DNA of 64,000 nt from Nitrospiraceae bacterium (GTDB lineage Bacteria; Nitrospirota; Nitrospiria; Nitrospirales; Nitrospiraceae): contig JBFWWG010000001.1 of assembly GCA_050246315.1 (NCBI GenBank), positions 576,001-640,000 on the forward strand. Reading direction: 5' to 3'. The position numbers and the translations under genes were made by a program. This document shows positions 38,999 through 48,612 of this stretch, one piece after another. The notes beneath the pieces are model-generated. The model searched no databases. It had not been told where the DNA came from and saw only the letters and a list, made by a program, of their open reading frames with translations. Within the stretch, counting starts at the first letter, position 1; each line of letters starts with the position of its first letter.

Positions 38999-41035
38999 GT
39001 GCGCCCAGCCTGTTGGAGTCGATTCGGTTTTGTCCTCGCCTGGTGTTTGATCGTTCTATTCATCGACGGACCGCCGCCAGCCGCTGCTGAGGAAAAAGCC
39101 TCGATCGAGGAGGTGGTGGAGACCAAGGAGATCGTGGTCAGCGCGACCAAAACAGAACTTCCGGCGAAGCAAGTCACCAGCGCGGTGGAGGTCATCACCG
39201 GCGAAGAGATGGAACAGCGGAAGCTCAGATCAGTTGTTGAGGCGCTTCGCTGGGCCCAAGGACTTTCAGTCAATCAGAGCGGAGGGCCCGGCACGGTTGC
39301 GGACGTCCGGATGCGCGGAGGCACGCCGGAGCAAACTCTTGTGCTGATCGACGGCGCCATCGTCAATAGCGCCACGATAGGCACCTACGATTTTTCCAAC
39401 CTGACCTCGGACAACATCGAACGGATCGAAATTCTTCGTGGAAGCCAGAGCATGCTCTGGGGGTCGGATGCCATGGGCGGGGTCATCAACATCACGACCA
39501 AACGGGGACGTGACCAGCCCAATCTCTCCGGCTTTGCGGAATATGGCTCGTTCAATACGATTCGGGAGGGAGCCACCCTGGCCGGCAAGCGAGGGCCGAT
39601 CGACTTTTCCGGAACAATCTCTCGTTGGGACACGGCCAACTTTTCGACGATCAATTATCGGCGCGGGGCGACTGAGCGCGATGGATTTCACAACTGGCAA
39701 GGGTCGGTTCGGCTTGGAGCCGATCTTCCCAAGGATGGACGGCTGGAGTTCAGTTTTCGATGGTTGGACGGGATTACGAACTTGGACGGATTTGCGTTTA
39801 ACCCCGTTACCTTTGCGTCCGATCCGGCGGATGTCTTGGGCGCGAAAACGAACAGGACCCAATACATCTATGCCGGAACCTGGGCGCAGCCGATTACCTC
39901 GTGGTATTCGCAACGGCTGACGGCATCACGAGCGACCGACAATCTGGTGAGTAATGGAGGAACGTTTCAACGGAACCTCGTGACCGGCGTGACGGAGCCG
40001 GTCGGGTTTCCTCTTAACTCTCAAATTGGGACGACGAGTAATCGGATTGAATGGCAACACAATGTTCAAATCGCCAAACCGTTGTTGCTGACGGCGGGCT
40101 ACCAGTTCAGGGAACAAACGGGCGAGAATATCAATCTCGCCACGAACACCGCCACCATCCCGAACAAGAGCCTTGTCAGCAATGCGGGGTTCGCCGATGC
40201 CCAGTTGAACCTCTGGGACCGCCTGTTCGGAACCGCGGGCATCCGGTACGACGATTACAATGTCTTCGGAAGCGCCACGACCTATCGCCTGACGGGCGGC
40301 TATCTGCATCGTGAAACCGGCACCAAACTCCGCGGCAGCTACGGGACCGGATTTCGCGCGCCCACCATCAATCAATTGTCCTTCCCCGACTTCGGGAATC
40401 CCAACTTGCAACCGGAAAAAAGCCAAGGATGGGACGTGGCCGTCGACCAGACCCTGTTCAACGATCGCGTGACGCTCAGTGCCGGGTATTTTTATACGAA
40501 GTATCGCAACCTCATTCTGTCGGTCTTCGATCCGGTCGGATGCGGCTTCACGTTGTTCGGATTTTGCGCCCAGAATGTCGGCATCTCCAAGTCCGAGGGG
40601 GTCGAGGCGAGCGCGAAGATCAAACTGCTCAGGGACCAGCGGTGGATCAAGAGCTTGGATTTGCAGGTTCAATACACGTACACGAGCACAACGAACTTAT
40701 CGAACAACCCGAACACGCGTCTGCCGAGGTGGCCGCTGAACCAATGGTCGGCCATCCTGAGCTATGAGCCGATCAAGGGGTTGCGGGCGAATCTCGAGGG
40801 GCGGTATTTCGGGCAACGATTTAACGATGCCAGTAATAATCAATCGCTCCCCTCCTTCTATGTCTGGAACCTGTCGGCGACCTATGACGTGAACAACAGA
40901 GTTCAGCTCTATATGCGCGCCGACAACATCTTTAACCGGAACTATGAGGAAGTGCTGTACTTCGGAACTCCGATCCGCTCGGTCTTCGGGGGCGTGAGAG
41001 TAAATTTCGACGTCCCGCTGGGAGCCCGATCGTGA
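38999..41035 (+). CDS. btuB: TonB-dependent receptor, BtuB-like (copy 1)
   Basis: EIVVSATK TonB box, VLIDG, IERIEILRG, GGVINI, GFRAP, NPNLQPE; riboswitch-preceded. Confidence 0.85.
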   Translation: MRPACWSRFGFVLAWCLIVLFIDGPPPAAAEEKASIEEVVETKEIVVSATKTELPAKQVTSAVEVITGEEMEQRKLRSVVEALRWAQGLSVNQSGGPGTVADVRMRGGTPEQTLVLIDGAIVNSATIGTYDFSNLTSDNIERIEILRGSQSMLWGSDAMGGVINITTKRGRDQPNLSGFAEYGSFNTIREGATLAGKRGPIDFSGTISRWDTANFSTINYRRGATERDGFHNWQGSVRLGADLPKDGRLEFSFRWLDGITNLDGFAFNPVTFASDPADVLGAKTNRTQYIYAGTWAQPITSWYSQRLTASRATDNLVSNGGTFQRNLVTGVTEPVGFPLNSQIGTTSNRIEWQHNVQIAKPLLLTAGYQFREQTGENINLATNTATIPNKSLVSNAGFADAQLNLWDRLFGTAGIRYDDYNVFGSATTYRLTGGYLHRETGTKLRGSYGTGFRAPTINQLSFPDFGNPNLQPEKSQGWDVAVDQTLFNDRVTLSAGYFYTKYRNLILSVFDPVGCGFTLFGFCAQNVGISKSEGVEASAKIKLLRDQRWIKSLDLQVQYTYTSTTNLSNNPNTRLPRWPLNQWSAILSYEPIKGLRANLEGRYFGQRFNDASNNQSLPSFYVWNLSATYDVNNRVQLYMRADNIFNRNYEEVLYFGTPIRSVFGGVRVNFDVPLGARS

Positions 41036-41172
41036 GTCGCTACACGGTTCAGCCCATCGGTGAGAACAACGCTGGCGGGTTTTTTCAGCATCCTGGAAAA
41101 CGCCGGCTGGGTGCGTACCCAGCCCAGCCGGTGCCATGTCGGGGTATGGAGGTCATCACAGGGGAAGGAACG

Positions 41173-41414
41173 TCGCAGAACAGACGTCGGGGACGGGGAA
41201 GAGGGTGCGAAGCCCTCACGGTGCCGCCACTGTAAGCGAGGAGTGGTCCCGCAAACGAGCCACTGGTTGCAGGCGTCAACCGTCAGCCGTCACTCGTCAA
41301 TCGAATGAGGAAGGTCTCAGACTTCCCGCGAATGACGAGCGACCAATGACGAGTGACGACTGAGCCGGGAAGGCGCGGGATCGCGACGATCCGCGAGTCA
41401 GGAGACCCAGCCGA
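41173..41414 (+). ncRNA. Cobalamin riboswitch, near-identical to 38716-38957
   Basis: 242-bp gapless repeat, ~4 mismatches by eye. Confidence 0.9.
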
Positions 41415-41456
41415 TGGACAGATCTGCTCAGCCCTTCGAGCATGAGGGAGGAGTGT

Positions 41457-43397
41457 ATGAAGTCGTGGGGGAGGTATGTCTTGAACCTGGGGCTGGTTTG
41501 GTTGGTGGGTGGCATGGGCACGGTGGCTGGGGCGAAGCCGGCGGACGAGCCGACGGAGGAGCCTCTCGAGGTCGGCGAGGTCGTCGTGAGTGCGACGAAA
41601 ACGCCCCTTCCCGTTGCGCAAGTGACGAGCGCGGTCGAGGTCATCAAAGGTGAGGACTTGGAACAGAGAAAATTCAGAACGGTGGTGGATGCCTTGCGCT
41701 TGTCACAGGGGACGGCCGTGTTCTCGAACGGTGGGCCCGGCACCAATGCCACGGTACGCATTCGTGGAGCCAACTCGGCCCAAACGCTCGTCTTGATCGA
41801 TGGCGCCATCGTCAACAGTCCCACGAGCGGCGACTTCAATTTTGCCAATCTCACGGCGGAGAACATCGACCGGATCGAGATCCTGCGCGGCGCGCAGAGC
41901 ATGTTATACGGGTCGGACGCGATCGGGGGTGTGATCAACATTATCACCAAGCGGGGGGCAGGAAGGCCCACGGGCAGCGCCTTTGTGGAGTATGGCTCGT
42001 TTGCCACGTTGCGCGAGGGAGGACAGCTCTCGGGTGCGAAAGGGCCGGTGGACTTTGCCTTTTCACTGTCTCGGTGGGACACAAGCAACTTCTCCGTGGC
42101 CAACTATCGGCGTGGTGCGACGGAACGCGATGCGTTTCACAACTGGCAGGGATCCGGGCGACTGGGGTTCGCCTTGCCGAAGGAGGGACGCATTGACGTG
42201 ACCGCGCGTTGGTGGAATTCGGATGTGATGCTCGACAATGTCACCACGCTCGCGAAATTCGATGTGCTCGGGTCGAAGCAAACGACGAACACGCTGATCC
42301 TGAGTGCGTCCTACGAGCAACCCTTGACCACGTGGTGGTCTCAGAAGCTTACGGTCGGGCAGAGCAACGAGCGGTTGCAGTTCGACCCCGGATCGTTTCG
42401 GCGGAACATCGAGACCGGCGCGGTCAATACGATTTCCCCGCGCATCACCTCCGACATCGAGATCCTGAATCGCCGAATCGAATGGCAACACAACTTTCAG
42501 GTCGGAAAACCGCTCTTGCTGTCCGCCGGGTATCAATATCGAGATGAACAGGGTGACAATCCCAGCTTCCAGCCGGCGACCTCAGCGACCAAGATCCTGT
42601 CGTCCCATGCGGGTTTCGCGCAGGCGCAGGTGAACCTCCAGGAGCGGCTGCTCTTCACCGCCGGAGTGCGCCAGGATCGTTACAATACGTTCGGCGACGC
42701 CACGACCTACCGCATCACGGGCGGCTATCGAATTCCGGAGATGGGGACGAAATTTCGAGGCTCGTACGCCACCGGCTTCCGTGCGCCGACGATCAACCAA
42801 CTGTTCTTCCCCGGCTTCGGGAATCCGGATCTCCAACCGGAGGAGAGCCGGGGATGGGATGTGGGTATCGATCAATCCCTCTGGCGGGAGAAGCTCTTTC
42901 TCTCGTTCACGTATTACCACAACGATTTCGAGAACCTGATCCAGAATGCGGTGGTCGGCGGCTTGTTCAAACCGGAAAACGTGGGTGAAGCCAGGACACA
43001 GGGATGGGAAGCCGGCTTCAAGGTCGAGGTGCTACAGAACCTCAGCTTCCGCGGGCAGTATACCTACACGTCCAATCGGAACCTCACGAACGGAAACCGG
43101 CTGGCCCGCGTGCCGATCGACCAAGCCGGTCTCGGCCTGAGCTACCGGCCGATTCCCGCGCTGCAGTTGCATGTGGACTATCGGTTTGTGGGCGCGCGCA
43201 ACAACGATGCGAACAATGCCCCGGCCGGTAAGTTGGGAGCGTTTGGGGTCGTGAGCGCGACGGCGACCTACGACCTCAACAAAACCGTGCAACTGTTCGG
43301 CCGGGTCGAGAACCTGGGCGATCAGCAATATGAGGAAATTATCGGATACGGCACGGCCATTCGGTCGGTCTTTGGCGGAGTCAAGCTCACCCTCTGA
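41457..43397 (+). CDS. btuB: TonB-dependent receptor, BtuB-like (copy 2)
   Basis: EVVVSATK, IDRIEILRG, GFRAP, NPDLQPE; riboswitch-preceded; GGAGG RBS. Confidence 0.85.
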   Translation: MKSWGRYVLNLGLVWLVGGMGTVAGAKPADEPTEEPLEVGEVVVSATKTPLPVAQVTSAVEVIKGEDLEQRKFRTVVDALRLSQGTAVFSNGGPGTNATVRIRGANSAQTLVLIDGAIVNSPTSGDFNFANLTAENIDRIEILRGAQSMLYGSDAIGGVINIITKRGAGRPTGSAFVEYGSFATLREGGQLSGAKGPVDFAFSLSRWDTSNFSVANYRRGATERDAFHNWQGSGRLGFALPKEGRIDVTARWWNSDVMLDNVTTLAKFDVLGSKQTTNTLILSASYEQPLTTWWSQKLTVGQSNERLQFDPGSFRRNIETGAVNTISPRITSDIEILNRRIEWQHNFQVGKPLLLSAGYQYRDEQGDNPSFQPATSATKILSSHAGFAQAQVNLQERLLFTAGVRQDRYNTFGDATTYRITGGYRIPEMGTKFRGSYATGFRAPTINQLFFPGFGNPDLQPEESRGWDVGIDQSLWREKLFLSFTYYHNDFENLIQNAVVGGLFKPENVGEARTQGWEAGFKVEVLQNLSFRGQYTYTSNRNLTNGNRLARVPIDQAGLGLSYRPIPALQLHVDYRFVGARNNDANNAPAGKLGAFGVVSATATYDLNKTVQLFGRVENLGDQQYEEIIGYGTAIRSVFGGVKLTL

Positions 43398-43400
43398 GGG

Positions 43401-44804
43401 ATGATCGTGAAGGCACCGCGGCTCATCATTGCCGGCACCGGCAGCAACGTCGGAAAGACCACCGTCACGCTGGCCTTGCTGGCCGCGTTCACAGCCAGAG
43501 GCCGGATCGTTCAATCGTTCAAGGCGGGACCGGACTTCATCGATCCCGGCCATCACGAGGCGGTGACTGGTCGACCGTCACGCAATCTGGACGGATGGCT
43601 GTTGGGGCGGGAGGTCAACCGAGCCACCTTCATTCGCGCAGCGGCCGGCGCGGACCTTTCGATCGTAGAAGGCATGATGGGACTGTTCGACGGCAGCTCG
43701 CCGGTCAGCGAGCAGGGCAGCACGGCGGAGTTGGCGAAGCAGTTGGAGGCGCCGGTCCTACTTGTGATCGACGGCAGCGCCATGGCCCGTTCCGCCGCCG
43801 CGATGGTCGAAGGGTTTGTCCGATTCGATCCCATGCTCAATATTGTGGGTGTCCTGTTCAATCGGGTTAACAGCGACGGCCACTATCGGCTCCTGAAGGA
43901 AGCGGTCGAACAGCGAATGACAATCGCGGTGGTGGGCTACCTGCGGACAGATCAGGCCGCGGTGATTCCCGATCGCCATCTAGGATTGGTCACGGTGACC
44001 GAACGGGGATCGGCCGATCTCTATCGACGCTTGGGCCGGGCGGCAATGGAGACGGTCGATCTGGATCTGATCGAACGTTTGGCCGGTTCGAGCGGCGAGT
44101 GGCCGGCCGCGCCGGTCGTTCCGCTGCCGCCGCACATCGGCCGGGAAATCAGCATCGGCATCGCCCATGATCACGCGTTTTGTTTCTACTACCAGGACAA
44201 TCTCGATTTGCTGGAGGCGGAGGGAGGCCGGTTGATCCGGTTCTCGCCGATCACGGATCACGAGTTGCCGGACGTCGATCTGTTGTACTTGGGCGGCGGC
44301 TATCCGGAACTGTACGGAGCGGCGCTGGCTGCGAACGTTCCGATGCAGCGGGCTATCCGGACCTTCGCCGAACGAGGAGGGACGATCTTCGCGGAATGCG
44401 GCGGGATGATGTATCTCACCGAGGCGATCCGGGATTTCGAGGGGCGCAGGTATGAAATGGTCGGCCTGTTCGCGGCTGAAGCGACCATGCGGAAGCCCGG
44501 CCTCACGCTCGGCTATCGAAGCGTCGAGCTATCCCAGCCCTGCATTTTGGGTGAGCGCGGGACGACCGTGCGAGGACATGAATTCCATTACTCCACGTTG
44601 AACGCGACCGGTGACCTCAGCTATGTCTGCCGGCTCACCGATGCGCGAGGCGAACCGAAGGGGCCGGACGGGCTCCTCATGAAGAACACCGTGGCGCTGT
44701 ATGCCCATTTGCATTTCGGCAGCCAACCGCAGGTGGCACAGGCGTTGGTCGAGTCGGCCAGGCAAACCAAGGTGAGCGCCAAGGTTGGGAGGTCGGTCGG
44801 ATGA
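43401..44804 (+). CDS. cbiA: Cobyrinate a,c-diamide synthase (CbiA/CobB)
   Basis: SNVGKTT, KAGPDFIDP, EGMMGLFDG, RHLGL, GGGYPEL, AECGG, GHEFHYS. Confidence 0.93.
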   Translation: MIVKAPRLIIAGTGSNVGKTTVTLALLAAFTARGRIVQSFKAGPDFIDPGHHEAVTGRPSRNLDGWLLGREVNRATFIRAAAGADLSIVEGMMGLFDGSSPVSEQGSTAELAKQLEAPVLLVIDGSAMARSAAAMVEGFVRFDPMLNIVGVLFNRVNSDGHYRLLKEAVEQRMTIAVVGYLRTDQAAVIPDRHLGLVTVTERGSADLYRRLGRAAMETVDLDLIERLAGSSGEWPAAPVVPLPPHIGREISIGIAHDHAFCFYYQDNLDLLEAEGGRLIRFSPITDHELPDVDLLYLGGGYPELYGAALAANVPMQRAIRTFAERGGTIFAECGGMMYLTEAIRDFEGRRYEMVGLFAAEATMRKPGLTLGYRSVELSQPCILGERGTTVRGHEFHYSTLNATGDLSYVCRLTDARGEPKGPDGLLMKNTVALYAHLHFGSQPQVAQALVESARQTKVSAKVGRSVG

Positions 44805-45400
44805 CGGATCACAACGACCATAAGAACAAGATGGTCCGGTTGAAGGCTTCGGTGGATCGTCGCATCGAGCAGGCGCAGCAGGAGAAAGGGCTGCTCATCG
44901 TCCACACGGGAGCGGGCAAGGGCAAGACCACCGCCGCGCTGGGTATGGCGCTCCGCTGTGTCGGCCACGGAAAGAGGATTGCGGTGGTGCAGTTCATCAA
45001 GGGGGCGATCGATACGGCGGAGGAGCGGGTCCTCAAGAGTCTCGGTCCGCTTGTCACGTTCCTGCGCATGGGGGAGGGTTACACCTGGGAAATACAGGAT
45101 CGTGCGCGGGATACGGCATTTGCCCAGCGAGCTTGGGAGCAGGCCGGCGAGTTCCTGCGCGATCCCTCCTACGCGATGGTGATCCTCGACGAGTTCAACA
45201 TCGCCTTGCAACACGACTACGTTCGGCTGTCCGACGTGTTGCCGGCCTTGTCTCAACGGCCGCCGATGCAACATGTGGTCATCACCGGTCGTGGTGCCAA
45301 GAAGGAATTGATCGAGGCCGCAGATCTGGTAACGGAAATGAAGCAGATGAAACATCCCTTCCGAAAGGGAATCAAGGCGCAGGCAGGGGTGGAATTTTGA
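44801..45400 (+). CDS. cobO: Cob(I)yrinic acid a,c-diamide adenosyltransferase
   Basis: HTGAGKGKTTAALG, QFIKG, LDE, ITGR, KHPF..GIKAQAGVEF. Confidence 0.94.
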   Translation: MTDHNDHKNKMVRLKASVDRRIEQAQQEKGLLIVHTGAGKGKTTAALGMALRCVGHGKRIAVVQFIKGAIDTAEERVLKSLGPLVTFLRMGEGYTWEIQDRARDTAFAQRAWEQAGEFLRDPSYAMVILDEFNIALQHDYVRLSDVLPALSQRPPMQHVVITGRGAKKELIEAADLVTEMKQMKHPFRKGIKAQAGVEF

Positions 45401-45417
45401 CTCTGAACGGCAATTCC

Positions 45418-45612
45418 AGGTCCAGCGGGACCCGTTGCTTTCGCGCCTCCGGAGCGGCCCCTCCGGGGTCTGCGAGGCGGAACCCTTCCGGAATTTCCGT
45501 GCCTGTGGTCGAGGACCACAGCGGCGTGGTCAGTTCCGGTTTTCCCGCCTCGCCAACCCGCGGTGGGCACCCCGCTCCTCTCGGCGAAGAAAGCGTCCGG
45601 CCCGCTGGACCT
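45418..45612. other. 195-nt imperfect rod-like inverted repeat (putative structured RNA or miniature element)
   Basis: Nested pairings aggtccagcggg/cccgctggacct, gctttc/gaaagc, ggagcgg/ccgctcc, gcgaggcgg/ccgcctcgc, ccggaa/ttccgg, ctgtggtc-gag-gaccacag. Confidence 0.75.
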
Positions 45613-45668
45613 CCGAAATCCAGGATAGGGACCATCGCAGGATGGAGTCGTATGGGCGAGGAGCGCAG

Positions 45669-45866
45669 ATGAAGGGACCAGTTGTGAAAACCTGCGAAGC
45701 CTGCGGACGGACGTTTGAGTGCGGGCAATGGGGCTGTTGGTGCGGGCAGCTCGGCGTCACGGAACGGCAGTTGGATTGGATCGCGGCTCGATTTCAGAAC
45801 TGTCTCTGCCCCGATTGCTTGAAGAAGGTCGTGCAAGGTGAATATGGCAAGCTCATCGAACGGTAG
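45669..45866 (+). CDS. Small cysteine-rich CWC-family protein
   Basis: CEACGRTFEC..GCWC...CLCPDCL, 65 aa. Confidence 0.8.
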   Translation: MKGPVVKTCEACGRTFECGQWGCWCGQLGVTERQLDWIAARFQNCLCPDCLKKVVQGEYGKLIER

Positions 45867-45876
45867 GACGGGATCG

Positions 45877-46413
45877 GTGAAGCGCTCGAGCAAACGACGA
45901 TCCAGACTGATTCTCATATTGGGAGGAGCAGGATCGGGCAAGAGCCAGGCTGCGCTCGATTTGGCGGGGGATGCCGAGCCAAAGGCCTTTGTGGCGACCG
46001 CGCAGGCCCTCGATCGGGAAATGGCCGAGCGGATCGCTCGCCATCAAGTCGCACGATCGTCCGATTGGGAGACGGTGGAGGTTCCGATCGATCTCGCCGG
46101 ATGGTTTCGAACGCAGGGGAAGCGGTATCGGACCATTGTCGTCGATTGCCTCACGCTATGGCTGAGCAATCAGAGCGGTAGACGCGTCAGCGATGAGACG
46201 ATCCTGGACTGCGTGGCCGATCTCCTGGAGGCGATTCGCGCGACGCCGGCGCTGGTCGTGCTTGTCGGCAACGAACTGGGCCTTGGATTAGTGCCGATGG
46301 GTCGAACCGCTCGGCGCTTTCGGGACGTGGCCGGGAAGGTCAATCAACAGATCGCGGCCGAAGCGGATGAAGTGCGCTTTATCCTGTGCGGCCAAACGTT
46401 GAGACTGAAATAG
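45877..46413 (+). CDS. cobU: Bifunctional adenosylcobinamide kinase / guanylyltransferase
   Basis: GGAGSGKS, EMAERIARHQ, DCLTLWLSN, NELGLG, FRDVAG..NQ. Confidence 0.93.
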   Translation: MKRSSKRRSRLILILGGAGSGKSQAALDLAGDAEPKAFVATAQALDREMAERIARHQVARSSDWETVEVPIDLAGWFRTQGKRYRTIVVDCLTLWLSNQSGRRVSDETILDCVADLLEAIRATPALVVLVGNELGLGLVPMGRTARRFRDVAGKVNQQIAAEADEVRFILCGQTLRLK

Positions 46414-46460
46414 CAGGATGTTGAAAATGTCCGCCAGCGTGTTCTCGCGGAATGGCTCGA

Positions 46461-46560
46461 TCGTCATGCGTCACACGTCAACCGTCTATCGACAAAGGCT
46501 GAAGAAGAGAGCCCACCAAGACTTGGTATTCCTGTTGGAGTGGCGAATGACGAGTGACGG
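46461..46560. repeat. CGTCANN heptamer arrays in inverted arrangement
   Basis: tcgtcatgcgtcacacgtcaaccgtctatcg ... gcgaatgacgagtgacgg; same units as the riboswitch insertion. Confidence 0.6.
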
Positions 46561-46665
46561 AAATCCATCATCCTGTTTACTGAGGCTGTGCCCTCTGTGC
46601 TCATCCCTGCCATCCGAGGCTGATGGCTAGGGGAACTCCTGGGAAAACGGTATTGAAAGGGAATC

Positions 46666-47727
46666 ATGACCATCGATGATCTGTTGCTTCGCATTCAACC
46701 GCCCGATCAGGGCCTGTGGGAGCAGGCGCAGCGCCGCCTCGACCGATTGACCAAACCGCCCGGAAGCCTTGGCCGGCTGGAGGAGTTGGCTGCCCGCTAC
46801 GTCATGCTCTCTGGAACGCTCATGCCGGACATTCCTCGAGCGGCGGTCTACACCTTCGCGGCGGATCATGGGATCGTTCAGGAAGGGGTGAGCGCCTATC
46901 CCTCGGCGGTGACGGCGCAGATGGTGCTGAACTTCTTGGGGGGAGGCGCCGGCGTCAATGTGCTGGCGCGACATGTTGGCGCAGAGGTGCGGGTCGTCGA
47001 TATCGGTGTGGCGTCGGAGTTCTCCGCCATTCCCAAGCTGATCAGACGAAAGATCGCGCCGGGCACGAAGAATTTTCTGCACGAGCCGGCCATGACCAGA
47101 GACCAGGCCTTCCGCGCGTTGGAAATCGGGAGCCTGTTGGCGGAGGAGGCGGCCAGGGAAGGGATCGGTCTGCTCGGGACCGGCGACATGGGAATCGGCA
47201 ACACGACGCCGAGCGCTGCGATCACCGCCGTGTTGACCGGTAACCCGGTGAGGGATGTGACGGGGCGAGGGACGGGGATCGATGCGCAAGCTCTGTCGCG
47301 CAAGATCGGCGTGATCGAGGCCGCGCTGGCGCGGCATCGTCCCGATCCTGCCGACGCGCTGGGCGTGCTTGCCAAAGTGGGCGGCTTCGAGATTGCCGGC
47401 ATCGCAGGACTCATACTGGGCGCTGCGGCGGCTCGCATCCCGATTATCTTGGACGGGTTCATCTCAGGCGCGGCGGCGCTGATCGCGGTGGCCCTGGCTC
47501 CCGCTTGCCGAGACTATCTGATCGCCTCCCATCGGTCCGTCGAATGCGGCCATGGGGCTGTCTTGAATCGGCTGGCGCTCACGCCTCTCTTGGATCTCGA
47601 CCTTCGGCTCGGCGAAGGGACGGGCGCCTGTTTGGGGATCGGCCTCGTGCAGGCGGCGCTCAAAGTGTATGCGCAGATGGCCACCTTCGATGAAGCGGGT
47701 GTGTCCCAACGGAGTGCTGAGGACTGA
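46666..47727 (+). CDS. cobT: Nicotinate-nucleotide--DMB phosphoribosyltransferase
   Basis: [49 protein letters not shown]. Confidence 0.95.
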   Translation: MTIDDLLLRIQPPDQGLWEQAQRRLDRLTKPPGSLGRLEELAARYVMLSGTLMPDIPRAAVYTFAADHGIVQEGVSAYPSAVTAQMVLNFLGGGAGVNVLARHVGAEVRVVDIGVASEFSAIPKLIRRKIAPGTKNFLHEPAMTRDQAFRALEIGSLLAEEAAREGIGLLGTGDMGIGNTTPSAAITAVLTGNPVRDVTGRGTGIDAQALSRKIGVIEAALARHRPDPADALGVLAKVGGFEIAGIAGLILGAAAARIPIILDGFISGAAALIAVALAPACRDYLIASHRSVECGHGAVLNRLALTPLLDLDLRLGEGTGACLGIGLVQAALKVYAQMATFDEAGVSQRSAED

Positions 47728-47772
47728 GTGCCGAGTATTGAAACCGCAAAGTGCTGAGGACCGAGTGCTGAG

Positions 47773-48612
47773 ATGAATCTGAGACAGGATTCCTTTCAAT
47801 CAACGAAGGAATCGGCGCTGAGCCCCGAGTCCTCAGCCCTCAGCCCGGGACTCCGGTGCTTTCGTTCCCTGATCGTCGCGTGGCAATTCCTAACGGCGAT
47901 TCCGGTGAGTCGGGTACACCACCCGATATCGCCGGACCAACTGGCCCGATCCATGATGTGGTTTCCAGCCGTCGGATTGATCCTGGGCGGCATCCTTGCC
48001 GGCGCCATGTGGCTGTTCGACCTTCTCGTGCCGAGAGCCGTGAGCGACGGACTCGTGATGTTGCTCCAGATCCTGCTGACGCGCTGTCTCCATCTGGATG
48101 GCTTGGCCGACACGGTTGACGGGTGGGGCGGCGGACGAACGCCGGAGGAGCGGCTGGCGATCATGCGCGATCCCCACATCGGCGCCATGGGAGTTGTGGC
48201 GTTGATCGTCGCGCTCGGCCTTCGGTACCTTGGCCTTGCAACCTTGCCGGATGCCGGGCGGGCCCTTGCCGTGATGAGTATGCCGCTCGTCGGCCGATGG
48301 GCCATGACGGTCGGGGGGCTGGGCGTCCCCTATGCCCGTGCCGAAGGAGGATTGGCGCAACCCTTTCTCTCGGCCCTGAAGACCGAGCATGTCATCATCG
48401 CCACGATCATGGCCGGGCTGTGGGTGATCTGGGCCTTTGGGCTTGCCGATGGGCTGATCATTTTGACGCTGGGTGGACTTGTGGCAAGGGGGATCGCCTG
48501 GCTGTCATTACGGCTCTGTCGGGGGATCACCGGGGACGTGTTCGGCATGATCAATGAGGTTGCAGAGGTGGCGTTCCTCCTAGTGATCCCTTCTCTCCTG
48601 TCCCGGCGATGA
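47773..48612 (+). CDS. cobS: Adenosylcobinamide-GDP ribazoletransferase
   Basis: QFLTAIP, LHLDGLADTVDG, IMRDPHIGAMG, GITGDVFG. Confidence 0.93.
   Translation: MNLRQDSFQSTKESALSPESSALSPGLRCFRSLIVAWQFLTAIPVSRVHHPISPDQLARSMMWFPAVGLILGGILAGAMWLFDLLVPRAVSDGLVMLLQILLTRCLHLDGLADTVDGWGGGRTPEERLAIMRDPHIGAMGVVALIVALGLRYLGLATLPDAGRALAVMSMPLVGRWAMTVGGLGVPYARAEGGLAQPFLSALKTEHVIIATIMAGLWVIWAFGLADGLIILTLGGLVARGIAWLSLRLCRGITGDVFGMINEVAEVAFLLVIPSLLSRR

Noticed and set aside
45418..45612. Calling the rod hairpin 6S RNA
   Set aside because: Size fits, but I see no large central bubble or typical 6S context; left as unassigned
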